Assembly: GCA_905210385.1 (NCBI GenBank)
Contig: CAJLWS010000001.1
Location: 1-36,824, forward strand
Reading direction: 5' to 3'
Length of the DNA: 36,824 nt
Origin: an uncultured Eubacteriales bacterium
GTDB taxonomy: Bacteria; Bacillota; Clostridia; Oscillospirales; Oscillospiraceae
The notes beneath the pieces are model-generated. The model ran no database searches. It was not told where the DNA came from and was given only the letters and a program-made list of their open reading frames with translations. Of this stretch, positions 17,348 through 26,127 are shown in pieces; position 1 is the stretch's first letter, and every line of letters starts with the position of its first letter. The position numbers were made by a program, and so were the translations under genes.

Positions 17348-18292
17348 TTATTGTAAGCCAGAGGCTAGGATGAGTTCTGTCGAAAAAGTAAGGGCGGAGG
17401 AAAAATCCGGATTTTCATCCCAAAAGAACCAATGGGCGTCATGATTGCGGCGGAACCAAGTGAGCTGCCGCTTGGCATACTGCCGGGAACGGAGCTTTAC
17501 CTCCTCCGCCCCCTCCGCAGCGGGCCGCCCCTCCAGGAGGGCGGCGGCGATCTCCTTGTAGCCAATGGCCTGCATGGCGGTGCACTGGGGGGAAATTCCC
17601 GAGGCCAAAAGCCCGCGCACCTCCTCCTCCAGTCCCCTGGACATCATCTGGTCCACCCTCCGATCAATACGGGCCCAGAGCTGGGACCGCTCCCGGAAGC
17701 TCAGGGCGATGGTCAGGGGGGTATATCGGTTGGGAATGGCCTGGCTCTCTCGGTTGTGCTGGGAGATGGTCTTTCCCGTGGCCAGGTAGACCTCCAGGGC
17801 CCGGATGATGCGCTTGGCGTCGTTAGGATGGAGCCGGGCGGCTGACTCCGGGTCCACCTGGGCCAGCTCTGCCAGGAGGGCAGGCAGGCCCTCCGTCTCC
17901 GCCCTGGCCTGAAGCTGGAGGCGCAGGCCATCCCGGCCGGGGAATGGGGCGAACTGACGACCGGCGATCAGATTATCAATGTACAGCCCCGTCCCCCCGG
18001 CAATGATGGCCAGCTTGCCCCGGACTAGAATATCGTCCACAATGGGGACAGCCTGATCCACATAACGGGCCACGGAATAGTCTTCCGATGGATCGGCCAC
18101 GTCGATCATGTGATGGGGAACACCCCCCATCTCTTCCTGGGTAGGTTTAGCGGTGCCGATGTCCATACCCCGGTAGACCTGCATGGAGTCGGCAGACACT
18201 ACTTCGCCATGAAAGCGCTGGGCCAAAGCTACCGCCAGGGCGGTTTTCCCTGAGGCCGTGGGCCCGCAAATCACAAGAACGTTGGGTTTCAT
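17348..18292 (-). CDS. miaA: tRNA dimethylallyltransferase
   Basis: Start MKPNVLVICGPTASGKT at 18292 after GGGAGGT; SADSMQVY, DIGTAKP, GGTGLY and YAKRQLTWF motifs. Confidence 0.97.
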   Translation of the reverse strand: MKPNVLVICGPTASGKTALAVALAQRFHGEVVSADSMQVYRGMDIGTAKPTQEEMGGVPHHMIDVADPSEDYSVARYVDQAVPIVDDILVRGKLAIIAGGTGLYIDNLIAGRQFAPFPGRDGLRLQLQARAETEGLPALLAELAQVDPESAARLHPNDAKRIIRALEVYLATGKTISQHNRESQAIPNRYTPLTIALSFRERSQLWARIDRRVDQMMSRGLEEEVRGLLASGISPQCTAMQAIGYKEIAAALLEGRPAAEGAEEVKLRSRQYAKRQLTWFRRNHDAHWFFWDENPDFSSALTFSTELILASGLQ

Positions 18293-18498
18293 AGTGACCT
18301 CCCGCGGGCCCACGGCCGGGACCCCGCAAAGGAAGGACGGCGCAGGTGCGCTGCACAAGGATTTCCCATAGATTTCCTGGGAAAATCTTGGCGCAAGGGC
18401 GAATTCAGTTCGCCCGCGCAAGTCAAAAGAACGGGGTCCCCGCGGCGCGCGGCGGCGTGGGGAACGGGCCCGCAGATGACCAAAACATTGGGATTCAT
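18289..18498 (-). CDS. possible 69-aa mini-ORF (old MiaA N-terminus fused to element sequence)
   Basis: Its ATG overlaps the mnmA stop (ATGA 18495-18498) and its TGA overlaps the miaA ATG (ATGA 18289-18292). Translation is unproven. Confidence 0.4.
   Translation of the reverse strand: MNPNVLVICGPVPHAAARRGDPVLLTCAGELNSPLRQDFPRKSMGNPCAAHLRRPSFAGSRPWARGRSL
18293..18465 (-). mobile_element. short multi-hairpin non-autonomous insertion element, copy E2
   Basis: Reverse complement begins GTTCCCCACG and aligns with 1210-1327; flanked by a diverged duplication of the miaA start. Confidence 0.75.
18466..18498. repeat. displaced copy of the miaA 5' end (direct repeat with 18260-18292, 27/33 identical)
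   Basis: Encodes MNPNVLVICGP versus MKPNVLVICGP in the functional gene. Confidence 0.95.
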
Positions 18499-19517
18499 GT
18501 GATCCACCCGCTTCCCAATACCATGTCATCTTGGTAGAAGACCGCCAGCTGTCCCGGGGTGGGCGCCCGGGCGGGCTGGGCCATGCGCACCTCTGCTCGC
18601 CCTCTCTCCAGGGGCACCAGGAGCGCCTCCTGGGCGGTGCGGGAGTGGCGCAGCCGGACGGACACCGGCCGGGGGTCGTCCAGGGGGGTGTCCCCCAGCC
18701 AGTTAAGCTCCTCACAGAGGACGGTTTCAGCGGCCAGCCCCTCCCCATGAGAGAGCACCACCTCGTTGGTATCCGGTCGGATAGCAGTGACGAACAGCCG
18801 CCCGGTGGAGGAGATGCCCAGCCCCCGGCGCTGACCCACAGTGTAGTGGTGATAGCCCTTGTGGACGCCCAAAACGTTGCCATCCCGATCCACAAAGTTG
18901 CCCGGCGGCGGGGTGCCTCCCCGCCGATCCAGCCAGGCGGCGTAATCCTGATCGGGGATGAAGCAGATCTCCATGGAGTCAGGCTTTTGGGCGCTGGGCA
19001 GCCCCGACTCCTCCGCCTCCCGGCGGATATCCGACTTAGGCGTATTCCCCAGGGGAAAGAGTACCCGTTCCAGAGTATCACGGCCCAGCCGGGCCAGCAT
19101 GTAGGACTGGTCATTGGAGACAGGGCCCCGCAGGAGAACAGCCCTCCCGTCCCGCCCCTTTCCCACCCGGGCGTAGTGGCCGGTGGCCACATACCGGGCG
19201 TTCACTTGGTCGGCTAGGCGCAGCAGGGAGGGAAACTTCACCGTGGGATTGCACTGGGCGCAGGGGATGGGGGTGCGCCCGGCCAGATAGCCTTCGTAAA
19301 AGGGACGGCAGACGTGGCGCTCCAGTTCATCCGCCACCCGTGCCACATGGAATTCCAGGCCCAACCGCCGGGCGTTGTCTGCCGCAGCCTCCTCCCCGCC
19401 CAGCCCCACATCCAGATAGAGAGCGATGACCTCATAGCCGACGCGGAGCAGGCGCAGGGCGGCCACTGCGGAATCAACCCCCCCGGACAGGCCCAATACT
19501 ACCTTTTCCTCTGCCAT
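18495..19517 (-). CDS. mnmA: tRNA 2-thiouridylase
   Basis: LSGGVDS PP-loop, PCAQCN..VKF, ATGHYAR, DQSYML, DSMEICF, PTPGQLAVFY. Confidence 0.96.
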   Translation of the reverse strand: MAEEKVVLGLSGGVDSAVAALRLLRVGYEVIALYLDVGLGGEEAAADNARRLGLEFHVARVADELERHVCRPFYEGYLAGRTPIPCAQCNPTVKFPSLLRLADQVNARYVATGHYARVGKGRDGRAVLLRGPVSNDQSYMLARLGRDTLERVLFPLGNTPKSDIRREAEESGLPSAQKPDSMEICFIPDQDYAAWLDRRGGTPPPGNFVDRDGNVLGVHKGYHHYTVGQRRGLGISSTGRLFVTAIRPDTNEVVLSHGEGLAAETVLCEELNWLGDTPLDDPRPVSVRLRHSRTAQEALLVPLERGRAEVRMAQPARAPTPGQLAVFYQDDMVLGSGWIT

Positions 19518-19561
19518 GTGCCCCCCTCCCCCGGACTGTGCGGATACAGGAAATTTTCCTA

Positions 19562-19594
19562 CTTAACATAACACAAAACAGAGAAAAAGGCAAG
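19562..19594 (-). promoter_or_regulatory. sigma-A-type promoter of mnmA; 33-bp imperfect direct repeat with 32848-32880
   Basis: Minus strand TTGCCT-17nt-TATGTT with extended TG; 29/33 identical to the second copy. Confidence 0.65.
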
Positions 19595-19677
19595 AGAATC
19601 GACGTACAGGAAAGTCAGTGAAAGAAAGGGGGCAATACAAGCGATGGGAAGGATGGCCGTAAAAAAGAGATGGTAAA

Positions 19678-19729
19678 ATAATAGTGTCAGGAAGAAAAGA
19701 AACAGGTTCTATTCCTCCGACACTATTAT
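19678..19729 (-). terminator. stem-loop, probable terminator of the catabolic operon
   Basis: ATAATAGTGTC/GACACTATTAT 11-bp arms downstream of the last operon gene. Confidence 0.55.
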
Positions 19730-19790
19730 GGATGGATTGATATAGAGAAATCTTGAGTGGGCGTGCTGGAAAAAGAGGGAAACCGGATGG

Positions 19791-21263
19791 TCATGGTTTG
19801 GCCGGCAGCATGGAACCTGTTTCCTGGAACCGCTGATGCCATGAAAATGCGGCGTTCAGGCGAAGGGGATGATGTCCGCCTTCCCGTGTGGAGGCGCGGA
19901 GAAGGGAGGATAACTGGTCCCGGTAGGCTGGATGGGCGCAGTGCTGAATGATTGACCAAGCGCACTCCAAATCGTCTTTTCCACGAAGGTCTGCAATGCC
20001 ATATTCGGTAATCACAACGTCAATGTAATGGTGAATAATATCCGTGTGGGGAATTTGAGGAACGATACAGGATATGGCGCCATTTTTCCGGACGGAAGGC
20101 AGCAGAAGAACAGAGATTGCGGCCTGCTCGGCGAAGGAGGCGCCGCCGCCGATGCCATTGACGACGGATCGGCCATTGACATGGCTGGAGTTGACGTTCC
20201 CGAACAGGTCGATTTCCAGGCCTGTGTTTATGGCTAGCAGACCCAATCCGGCGATCGCCGCAGAGCCATTGCACAGTTCCATGCTGCGTAAGACCAAATG
20301 CTCCCGCGCAGCAGTTCCCAAGTGTGAGAGCTGCCGTTTGGTTTCCGGCGTGATTGGCAGTGATCCGCCAGATAGAGCTCTGGCCGTACCTTGCTCTAAA
20401 AGCGTGAGCATATCGGGCTGAAGCGCGCCGCAAAAGAAAGTTAAATCCTGATAGCCGCTATCTGTAAAGGATTGGATTACAGCCTGAGAAAGCGTCCCAA
20501 TGCCAGTCTGAATGGGCGGGAGGTCGTTTCCGGGGAACCATGTGTGCAGAAAACTCTGAAAATGTTGACAGATACACCGGTCTATGTCTGTAATCTGGGA
20601 AGAGACGGGCGCTTCATCCTGATAATCAGAGAAAACAACTGCGGAAACTTTGGACATATCAATGTCCATTGTTAAAGTTCCCACCCGCTGGTCTGCCCGG
20701 CTCAACATCAGCCCGGTGTGCAAAGGGGCCTCATAGATATCGTGCAGGCCAAACAGTTCCTTTGGCTGAGCCGTATTGATCTCGATAATAATATGGCGGG
20801 CTAGGCGGCACAGCAGCGGCGTAATACCTACGGAAGAGGTTAAAACCACCTGACCCGATTCCGTCATACCCAAGGCCTCTATTATAGCGAAATCAGGACG
20901 GCCGAAGACTCCAGAGGCCACGGCACGGGGGAGCTTCGCCAAGGGAACCTCCACATAATGGATAGCCTGTTGGTTTGACAGGCGGCTAACGGCTTTTGAG
21001 GTCGTGAAAGGAATGCGGCGGGCCAAAACTCCCGCAGTTGCCAAGGCCGACTCAACTTGATTGGAAAGTTGTGCCGCAGTAAGCAGGGCAATCCCCTTGG
21101 GGAACTGCTCTTTTCCTCGGGCGGCCAATGCTAAAAGTGTAGCTTTCGGATCTCCGGCACCGGTATAGCCGCTGGCTGCGACGAGAGCTCCATCTGGAAT
21201 CAGCGCGGCGGCGTCCTGAGGTGAGCACACTTTTCGGGATAAGCAGGCAGGCAGATCAGCCAT
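19791..21263 (-). CDS. acetyl-CoA hydrolase/family I CoA-transferase-like protein (canonical catalytic Glu appears absent)
   Basis: SGYTGAGDPK, LTSSVG, QTGIG, AINTGLEIDLFGNVNS, NGIGG, VVITEYGIADLRG, CAHPAYR; start 21263 after GGGAGG. Confidence 0.88.
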   Translation of the reverse strand: MADLPACLSRKVCSPQDAAALIPDGALVAASGYTGAGDPKATLLALAARGKEQFPKGIALLTAAQLSNQVESALATAGVLARRIPFTTSKAVSRLSNQQAIHYVEVPLAKLPRAVASGVFGRPDFAIIEALGMTESGQVVLTSSVGITPLLCRLARHIIIEINTAQPKELFGLHDIYEAPLHTGLMLSRADQRVGTLTMDIDMSKVSAVVFSDYQDEAPVSSQITDIDRCICQHFQSFLHTWFPGNDLPPIQTGIGTLSQAVIQSFTDSGYQDLTFFCGALQPDMLTLLEQGTARALSGGSLPITPETKRQLSHLGTAAREHLVLRSMELCNGSAAIAGLGLLAINTGLEIDLFGNVNSSHVNGRSVVNGIGGGASFAEQAAISVLLLPSVRKNGAISCIVPQIPHTDIIHHYIDVVITEYGIADLRGKDDLECAWSIIQHCAHPAYRDQLSSLLRASTREGGHHPLRLNAAFSWHQRFQETGSMLPAKP

Positions 21264-22263
21264 ACTTTGTGTCCTCCCGCGCATCTACGCAGAAGCGGTC
21301 AGACTGGCCCGCCACGACAAAGGAGTCCAATTTGCGGCCGAACAGTTTTTCTGCTAAGCAACCGGCCCAGATCAGTTTTTCCTCATCAATGCTGGTTTGA
21401 TATCCCATATCATGGAGCATATTCACAAAATCTTCTGTGGAAACCAGGCCGGTGGGCCCCTGGGCAAAATAGTATTCGCCGGTTCCATGGACGGGCACGC
21501 CGTCTATACGGTTGGCAGGCTGCCCCCCGGTCCGGCCCAGGGTGCATTCAAACTGCCGGATCCCCTGCTGCAGGGCGGCATAGTAACTGGCCATACCCAT
21601 GCCGTGAATATCGTGGACATGGAGCACATGGATGCCAGGATTCGGCCATCGGCTCATGAGTTCAGAGCAGTACTCGGCCATGCGGTCGGGGGATGCAGCT
21701 CCATCCGGATCGGAGTGTTCAATTTCGTCGAAGCCCATATCCAACAGGCGGCCCACAAAATCATATGCTTTTTCCAGGGGCATTTCTCCTTCGATGGGGC
21801 AGCCAAAAATGGTTCCCACGTTGGCCACGACCCGCTCGATCCCGTTGTCGTGAAGCAGTCTGACCGACTCGGCCGCCTCTCGGAACAGCTCTTCCTGGGT
21901 ACGGTTCATGTTCTTTCTGGCGTAGGACGCGCTGGTGGCGATCTGGCCGGTCAGAATGCGGTGGATAGGCGCGCCGCTTGCCTTCAGCTTGATTGCCCGT
22001 TCCACCCCTCGCCGGTTCAACGCGAGAAAGGTATACTCTACGCCCTCATAGGAAGGAAGCGTCATGGCAAACTCGTCTATTTCCCGGAACTGAGGGATAT
22101 AGATGGGGTGAGCGAAGGAACCCACCTCAATTTTTTTCACCCCGGCGTCCACTAAGTACGACAGCAATTTATACCGGTCGGGCAGAGACATGTAGTGTTC
22201 CTCATGCTGGAGTCCGTCCCGAAGCGTGGTATCTAAAATGGAAACCTCATGTGTAGAAACCAT
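21256..22263 (-). CDS. HMG-CoA-lyase-like DRE-TIM metallolyase
   Basis: DTTLRDGLQHE, IEVGSF, FGCPIEG, HVHD metal site, GLVSTED; start 22263 after GGAGGG. Confidence 0.88.
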   Translation of the reverse strand: MVSTHEVSILDTTLRDGLQHEEHYMSLPDRYKLLSYLVDAGVKKIEVGSFAHPIYIPQFREIDEFAMTLPSYEGVEYTFLALNRRGVERAIKLKASGAPIHRILTGQIATSASYARKNMNRTQEELFREAAESVRLLHDNGIERVVANVGTIFGCPIEGEMPLEKAYDFVGRLLDMGFDEIEHSDPDGAASPDRMAEYCSELMSRWPNPGIHVLHVHDIHGMGMASYYAALQQGIRQFECTLGRTGGQPANRIDGVPVHGTGEYYFAQGPTGLVSTEDFVNMLHDMGYQTSIDEEKLIWAGCLAEKLFGRKLDSFVVAGQSDRFCVDAREDTKYG

Positions 22264-22277
22264 AGTGTCCCTCCGAT

Positions 22278-23453
22278 TCACCTGCGCTCCACAATCAGAG
22301 AAACGCCCTGACCGCCGCCGCAGCAGAATGTGATCAGGCCAAGTCCCGCGCCTCGGCGCTGAAGCTCATAGACCATTTTGGTGACCAAGATACCTCCGGT
22401 CGCCGCCAGGGGATGACCCAGGGCAATGGCGCCGCCGTTGGGGTTGAGCTTTGTCACGTCCATATCCAGCTCCCTGATGCAGGCCAGGGACTGGGCGGCA
22501 AAAGCCTCATTCATCTCAATGACATCCATATCCGCCAAAGTCATCCCAGTCTTTTTGAGCAGTTTCCGGGTGGCGGCCACCGGTCCGATGCCCATGATGT
22601 TGGGGTCCACTCCGGCGGAGGAAAATCCGGCAATGTAGCCCAGGATTGGGCAGCCTAGGCTTTTGGCCCTCCCCTCCTCCATCAGGATCACCGCGCTGGC
22701 CCCATCGCTGTTGGGAGAGCTGTTCCCAGCTGTTCCCACCCCGCCTGGGCGGAAGGCGGGCTTCAGCTTTCCCAACGTTTCCATCGTGCAGTCCCGCCGG
22801 AATACTTCATCGGCATCAACACGGGTGCTGGTACCTTTTTTTATGTCTTCTATCAGAACAGGGATAATCTGTTCCCGGAAATAGTCATTGTCCCAGGCAT
22901 GAACCGCCTTGCGGTGGCTTTCCACGGCAAAGGCATCGCAGTCCTGCCGGGTGATGCCATACCGATCTGCCAGATTCTCCGCAGTCATCCCCATAGGCGG
23001 GTTGCCGATTTCCTCCGGAGCCAGCATGGTCTTTCCCCGAAAGGCCGGGGCGGTCAGATCGTGTAAACGGCGCTGCTGCATCAGCACATAGGGGCGATTA
23101 GAGTCGGATTCTACCCCACCAGCCAGCACACACTCTGCATCACCGGCCCGGATCAACGCATCGGCCAGAGAGATTGCAGTCAGGGAGGTCCCGCAGCGCC
23201 GGTCGACGGTAATAGCGGGCACCGTAATGGGCAAACCACCCTCCAGAGCCGCATAGCGGGCCATGTTGGATATGTCGTGGGCATAGAGGTTCCCGTAGAT
23301 CACTTCGTCAACGGCTGCCGGATCAATACCGGACCTGCGTACGGCCTCACCGATTACCAAGGCTGCCAGCCGGTGGGCCGGAACTTCGGAAAGTACGCCG
23401 CGGATTCGGCCTACCGGGGTACGTACCGCCGCAACAATAGCTGTTCTTCTCAT
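22278..23453 (-). CDS. thiolase (acetyl-CoA C-acyltransferase)
   Basis: RTPVG, DRRCGTS (Cys), NEAFAAQ, GGAIALGHP, CCGGGQG. Confidence 0.95.
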   Translation of the reverse strand: MRRTAIVAAVRTPVGRIRGVLSEVPAHRLAALVIGEAVRRSGIDPAAVDEVIYGNLYAHDISNMARYAALEGGLPITVPAITVDRRCGTSLTAISLADALIRAGDAECVLAGGVESDSNRPYVLMQQRRLHDLTAPAFRGKTMLAPEEIGNPPMGMTAENLADRYGITRQDCDAFAVESHRKAVHAWDNDYFREQIIPVLIEDIKKGTSTRVDADEVFRRDCTMETLGKLKPAFRPGGVGTAGNSSPNSDGASAVILMEEGRAKSLGCPILGYIAGFSSAGVDPNIMGIGPVAATRKLLKKTGMTLADMDVIEMNEAFAAQSLACIRELDMDVTKLNPNGGAIALGHPLAATGGILVTKMVYELQRRGAGLGLITFCCGGGQGVSLIVERR

Positions 23454-23460
23454 TGTGTAC

Positions 23461-24243
23461 TCACTCCTCCTCTTCAACAAGCGCAAAGGCCCTTACCCAT
23501 CCGGCGCTTGCCCTTTCAATCTTGACCGGAACACCGAAAAAGCGGAAGCCATAGGGAGGCAGCTGCTCTAGGTTGGTCAATTTTTCATACTGAACGTATG
23601 CCTTCGTGGCTCCTGCCTTATGTCCTTCCCAGCAGATAGAGGGGTCACCGGTCTCCTGGAATCGCTTCGCAGCGTATTCCCGGGGCACATCCCAGCTCCA
23701 GGCGTCAGTTCCCACCGCATGGACGCCCTGGTCAATGAGCCACAGGGTTGCCTCCCGGCCTACGCCGCAGCCCTTATGGAGATATTCGGGGGTTCCCCAT
23801 GCCGACATGGCACTGGTGCGCAGGCAGACTACATCTCCTGGCTTCAGTGTATAGCCGATCTGGTCGAAATAGTTCTGGAAGTCCTCCGGGGTGCAGACGT
23901 AGCCGTCTGGCCTATCAAAGAAATCTACCATGACACCATTGCCCATGCACCACTCCAAAGGGACCTCATCCACAGTCCAGGCCGGCTCGCCGCCGTTCAT
24001 GGTGGGATGAAAGTGATAGGGCGCGTCCATATGAGTACCGGTATGGGTGCTCAGTTGGATCTGCTCGATGGCCCAGCCATGGCCGTCCAGCAGCTGATCC
24101 CGGCGCAGTCCGGGGTAAGCCGCCAAAAAGGTGGTGACAGATTCTTCATCTGTGTGGCGGCGGTACCGAATCTTGGGAATCTGTACAGGCTGATCTACCG
24201 GAAGGCCGTCAATGATGGGTACGCTCAAATCAACAATTTTCAT
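23461..24243 (-). CDS. cyclase-family (kynurenine formamidase-like) metal-dependent hydrolase
   Basis: HTGTHMDAPYH motif, GTDAWSWD, EKLTNLEQLP. Confidence 0.92.
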   Translation of the reverse strand: MKIVDLSVPIIDGLPVDQPVQIPKIRYRRHTDEESVTTFLAAYPGLRRDQLLDGHGWAIEQIQLSTHTGTHMDAPYHFHPTMNGGEPAWTVDEVPLEWCMGNGVMVDFFDRPDGYVCTPEDFQNYFDQIGYTLKPGDVVCLRTSAMSAWGTPEYLHKGCGVGREATLWLIDQGVHAVGTDAWSWDVPREYAAKRFQETGDPSICWEGHKAGATKAYVQYEKLTNLEQLPPYGFRFFGVPVKIERASAGWVRAFALVEEEE

Positions 24244-24274
24244 GTCAGTTTTGCTGCTCCTTCCGATTCTGCTT

Positions 24275-25150
24275 TCAATGGTTCAGAGGGGACAGGCCCA
24301 GAATTTGTCTGGCCTGGGCCGGAGTAGCCGGCCGCTTGTTGAACAGACGGACCAGCTTGACTGCCCGTTCTACCAAAGAGACATTGGTTGCCGGCAGACC
24401 GCGGTCCATATAAAGATTGTCTTCCAGTCCAACCCGCACACCATTGGCCCCCAGCGCGATAGCCGCATATAGAATGGGGAGATGTCCAGATCCGATTCCC
24501 GTAGCAGACCATAGGCAGCCTTCCGGCAGATGACGGACCAAGTATTGCAGGTTTTCCACTGTGGCCTCCATGCCGCCCAGTACGCCCAGGACGAACTGGC
24601 ACCACATGGGCGGTTGGATCAGCTTGAGTTTCTCATAGTAATGTCTGGCATTGCCCAGCATTCCCATGTCGAAAATCTCCACTTCAGGCTTGACCCCTTG
24701 CTCCAGATAGGTCTTGGCCAGTTCCTTCAGAAAGACGGGATCGTTGTTAAACTCTTTTGTATCGCCCCAGTTAAATGTACCAGCATCGAAACTGCCCACT
24801 TCGATCTCCGGAACCCTTTTGAAGTGCTCCATGCGGGACTCGTTGGACCGGATCCCGTCCGGTCCAGGACCGCCGGAGGAGGTGCAGTTGATGATCACGT
24901 CGCACTCGGGATCTGACCGGATCAGTGCGACCGTTTTCTGAAACCGCTCCCAGTCCATGATTCCGTTGCAGTTCTCATCCCGCATGTGCAGATGCACCAT
25001 CGCGGCGCCCGCCTTCCATGCGGCGATGGCATCGGCAGCAATTTCCTCGGGGGTCACCGGTAAGGCATTGTTTTTCTCCTTGGGGGTAGATGTCCCGGTC
25101 ATGGCGCAAGAGACGATTACGGTTTGCTTCATCAGAGTCTGAATATCCAT
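24275..25150 (-). CDS. beta-keto acid cleavage enzyme (BKACE/DUF849, Kce family)
   Basis: PVTPEEIA, AGAAMVHLHMRD, KPEVEIFD, VRVGLEDN, RPATPAQAR; start 25150. Confidence 0.93.
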   Translation of the reverse strand: MDIQTLMKQTVIVSCAMTGTSTPKEKNNALPVTPEEIAADAIAAWKAGAAMVHLHMRDENCNGIMDWERFQKTVALIRSDPECDVIINCTSSGGPGPDGIRSNESRMEHFKRVPEIEVGSFDAGTFNWGDTKEFNNDPVFLKELAKTYLEQGVKPEVEIFDMGMLGNARHYYEKLKLIQPPMWCQFVLGVLGGMEATVENLQYLVRHLPEGCLWSATGIGSGHLPILYAAIALGANGVRVGLEDNLYMDRGLPATNVSLVERAVKLVRLFNKRPATPAQARQILGLSPLNH

Positions 25151-25167
25151 GATTGCCTCCTGCTCTT

Positions 25168-26127
25168 TCACAGTTTTCCCGCCATGGGGCAGGCGCACCA
25201 GTGGCCAGGCGCGATTTCATCCAATTTGTAGTCTGCCTCCGCGCACGCCTTGGTGGCGTAGGGGCATCGGGGTGCGAACCGGCAGCCGGGCTTGGGGTCT
25301 ACCGGAGAGGTCAACTCACCCTTCAAGCCCTCCTGCTCCAGGTTATTTGCCCCCAGTGCCGGAACAGGAATGGCGGCCAATAGCGCCTTCGTGTATGGGT
25401 GGGCCGGATGCTGAAACAGCTCCCGGGAAGCGGCTCGCTCAATCATCTGGCCCAGGTACATGACCGCGATCTCATCGGAGATATGCTTGACCACGGAAAG
25501 ATTGTGGGTGATGAACAGGTAGGTTAGTCCCATTTGATCCTGAAGATCCATCATCAGGTTGAGCACTTGGGCCTGGATGGAGACGTCCAGAGCGGATACC
25601 GGCTCGTCGCACACCACGAACTTGGGGTTGAGGGCCAGGGCCCGGGCAATCCCAATCCGCTGACGGCGGCCGCCGTCCATCTCGTGAGGGTAGGTCATGG
25701 CATAGCGCTCTGTCAGACCCACCGTGCGCATCAACTCATAGGTTCTCTGGGACACCTCCTGCTCGCTGTGATACATATGGTGATAGCGCAGCGGCTCGGA
25801 GATCGTCTGGAATACCGTTTTCCGAGGGTCCAACGAGGCGTATGGATCCTGAAAAACGATCTGCATTTTCTTGCGCAGTTCTAGGGACTCCTTCTTGTCA
25901 CAGTTGAGGATATTCCTGCCCTCAAACAGTACTTGACCTGAGGTGGCCGGCAGCAGGCGCAAAATGGTGCGGCCCAGGGTGGATTTTCCGCACCCAGACT
26001 CACCCACCACCCCCAGGGTCTTGCCTGCATCGATGGAAAAACTCACATCATCTACCGCGTGAAGCAGGCCCCGTGGTGTACTGAAATATTTTTTCAGCGA
26101 TCTGCACTCCAGAATGGGCTGGCCCAT
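25168..26127 (-). CDS. Opp/Dpp ABC transporter ATP-binding subunit (OppF-like)
   Basis: GESGCGKST, YPHEMDGGRRQR, CDEPVSALD, HPYT, GCRFAPRC. Confidence 0.95.
   Translation of the reverse strand: MGQPILECRSLKKYFSTPRGLLHAVDDVSFSIDAGKTLGVVGESGCGKSTLGRTILRLLPATSGQVLFEGRNILNCDKKESLELRKKMQIVFQDPYASLDPRKTVFQTISEPLRYHHMYHSEQEVSQRTYELMRTVGLTERYAMTYPHEMDGGRRQRIGIARALALNPKFVVCDEPVSALDVSIQAQVLNLMMDLQDQMGLTYLFITHNLSVVKHISDEIAVMYLGQMIERAASRELFQHPAHPYTKALLAAIPVPALGANNLEQEGLKGELTSPVDPKPGCRFAPRCPYATKACAEADYKLDEIAPGHWCACPMAGKL

Noticed and set aside
17348..19192. 614-aa ORF as an N-terminally extended MiaA
   Set aside because: The upstream part is an alternative frame of mnmA plus element sequence. MiaA homology and a strong RBS start at 18292.
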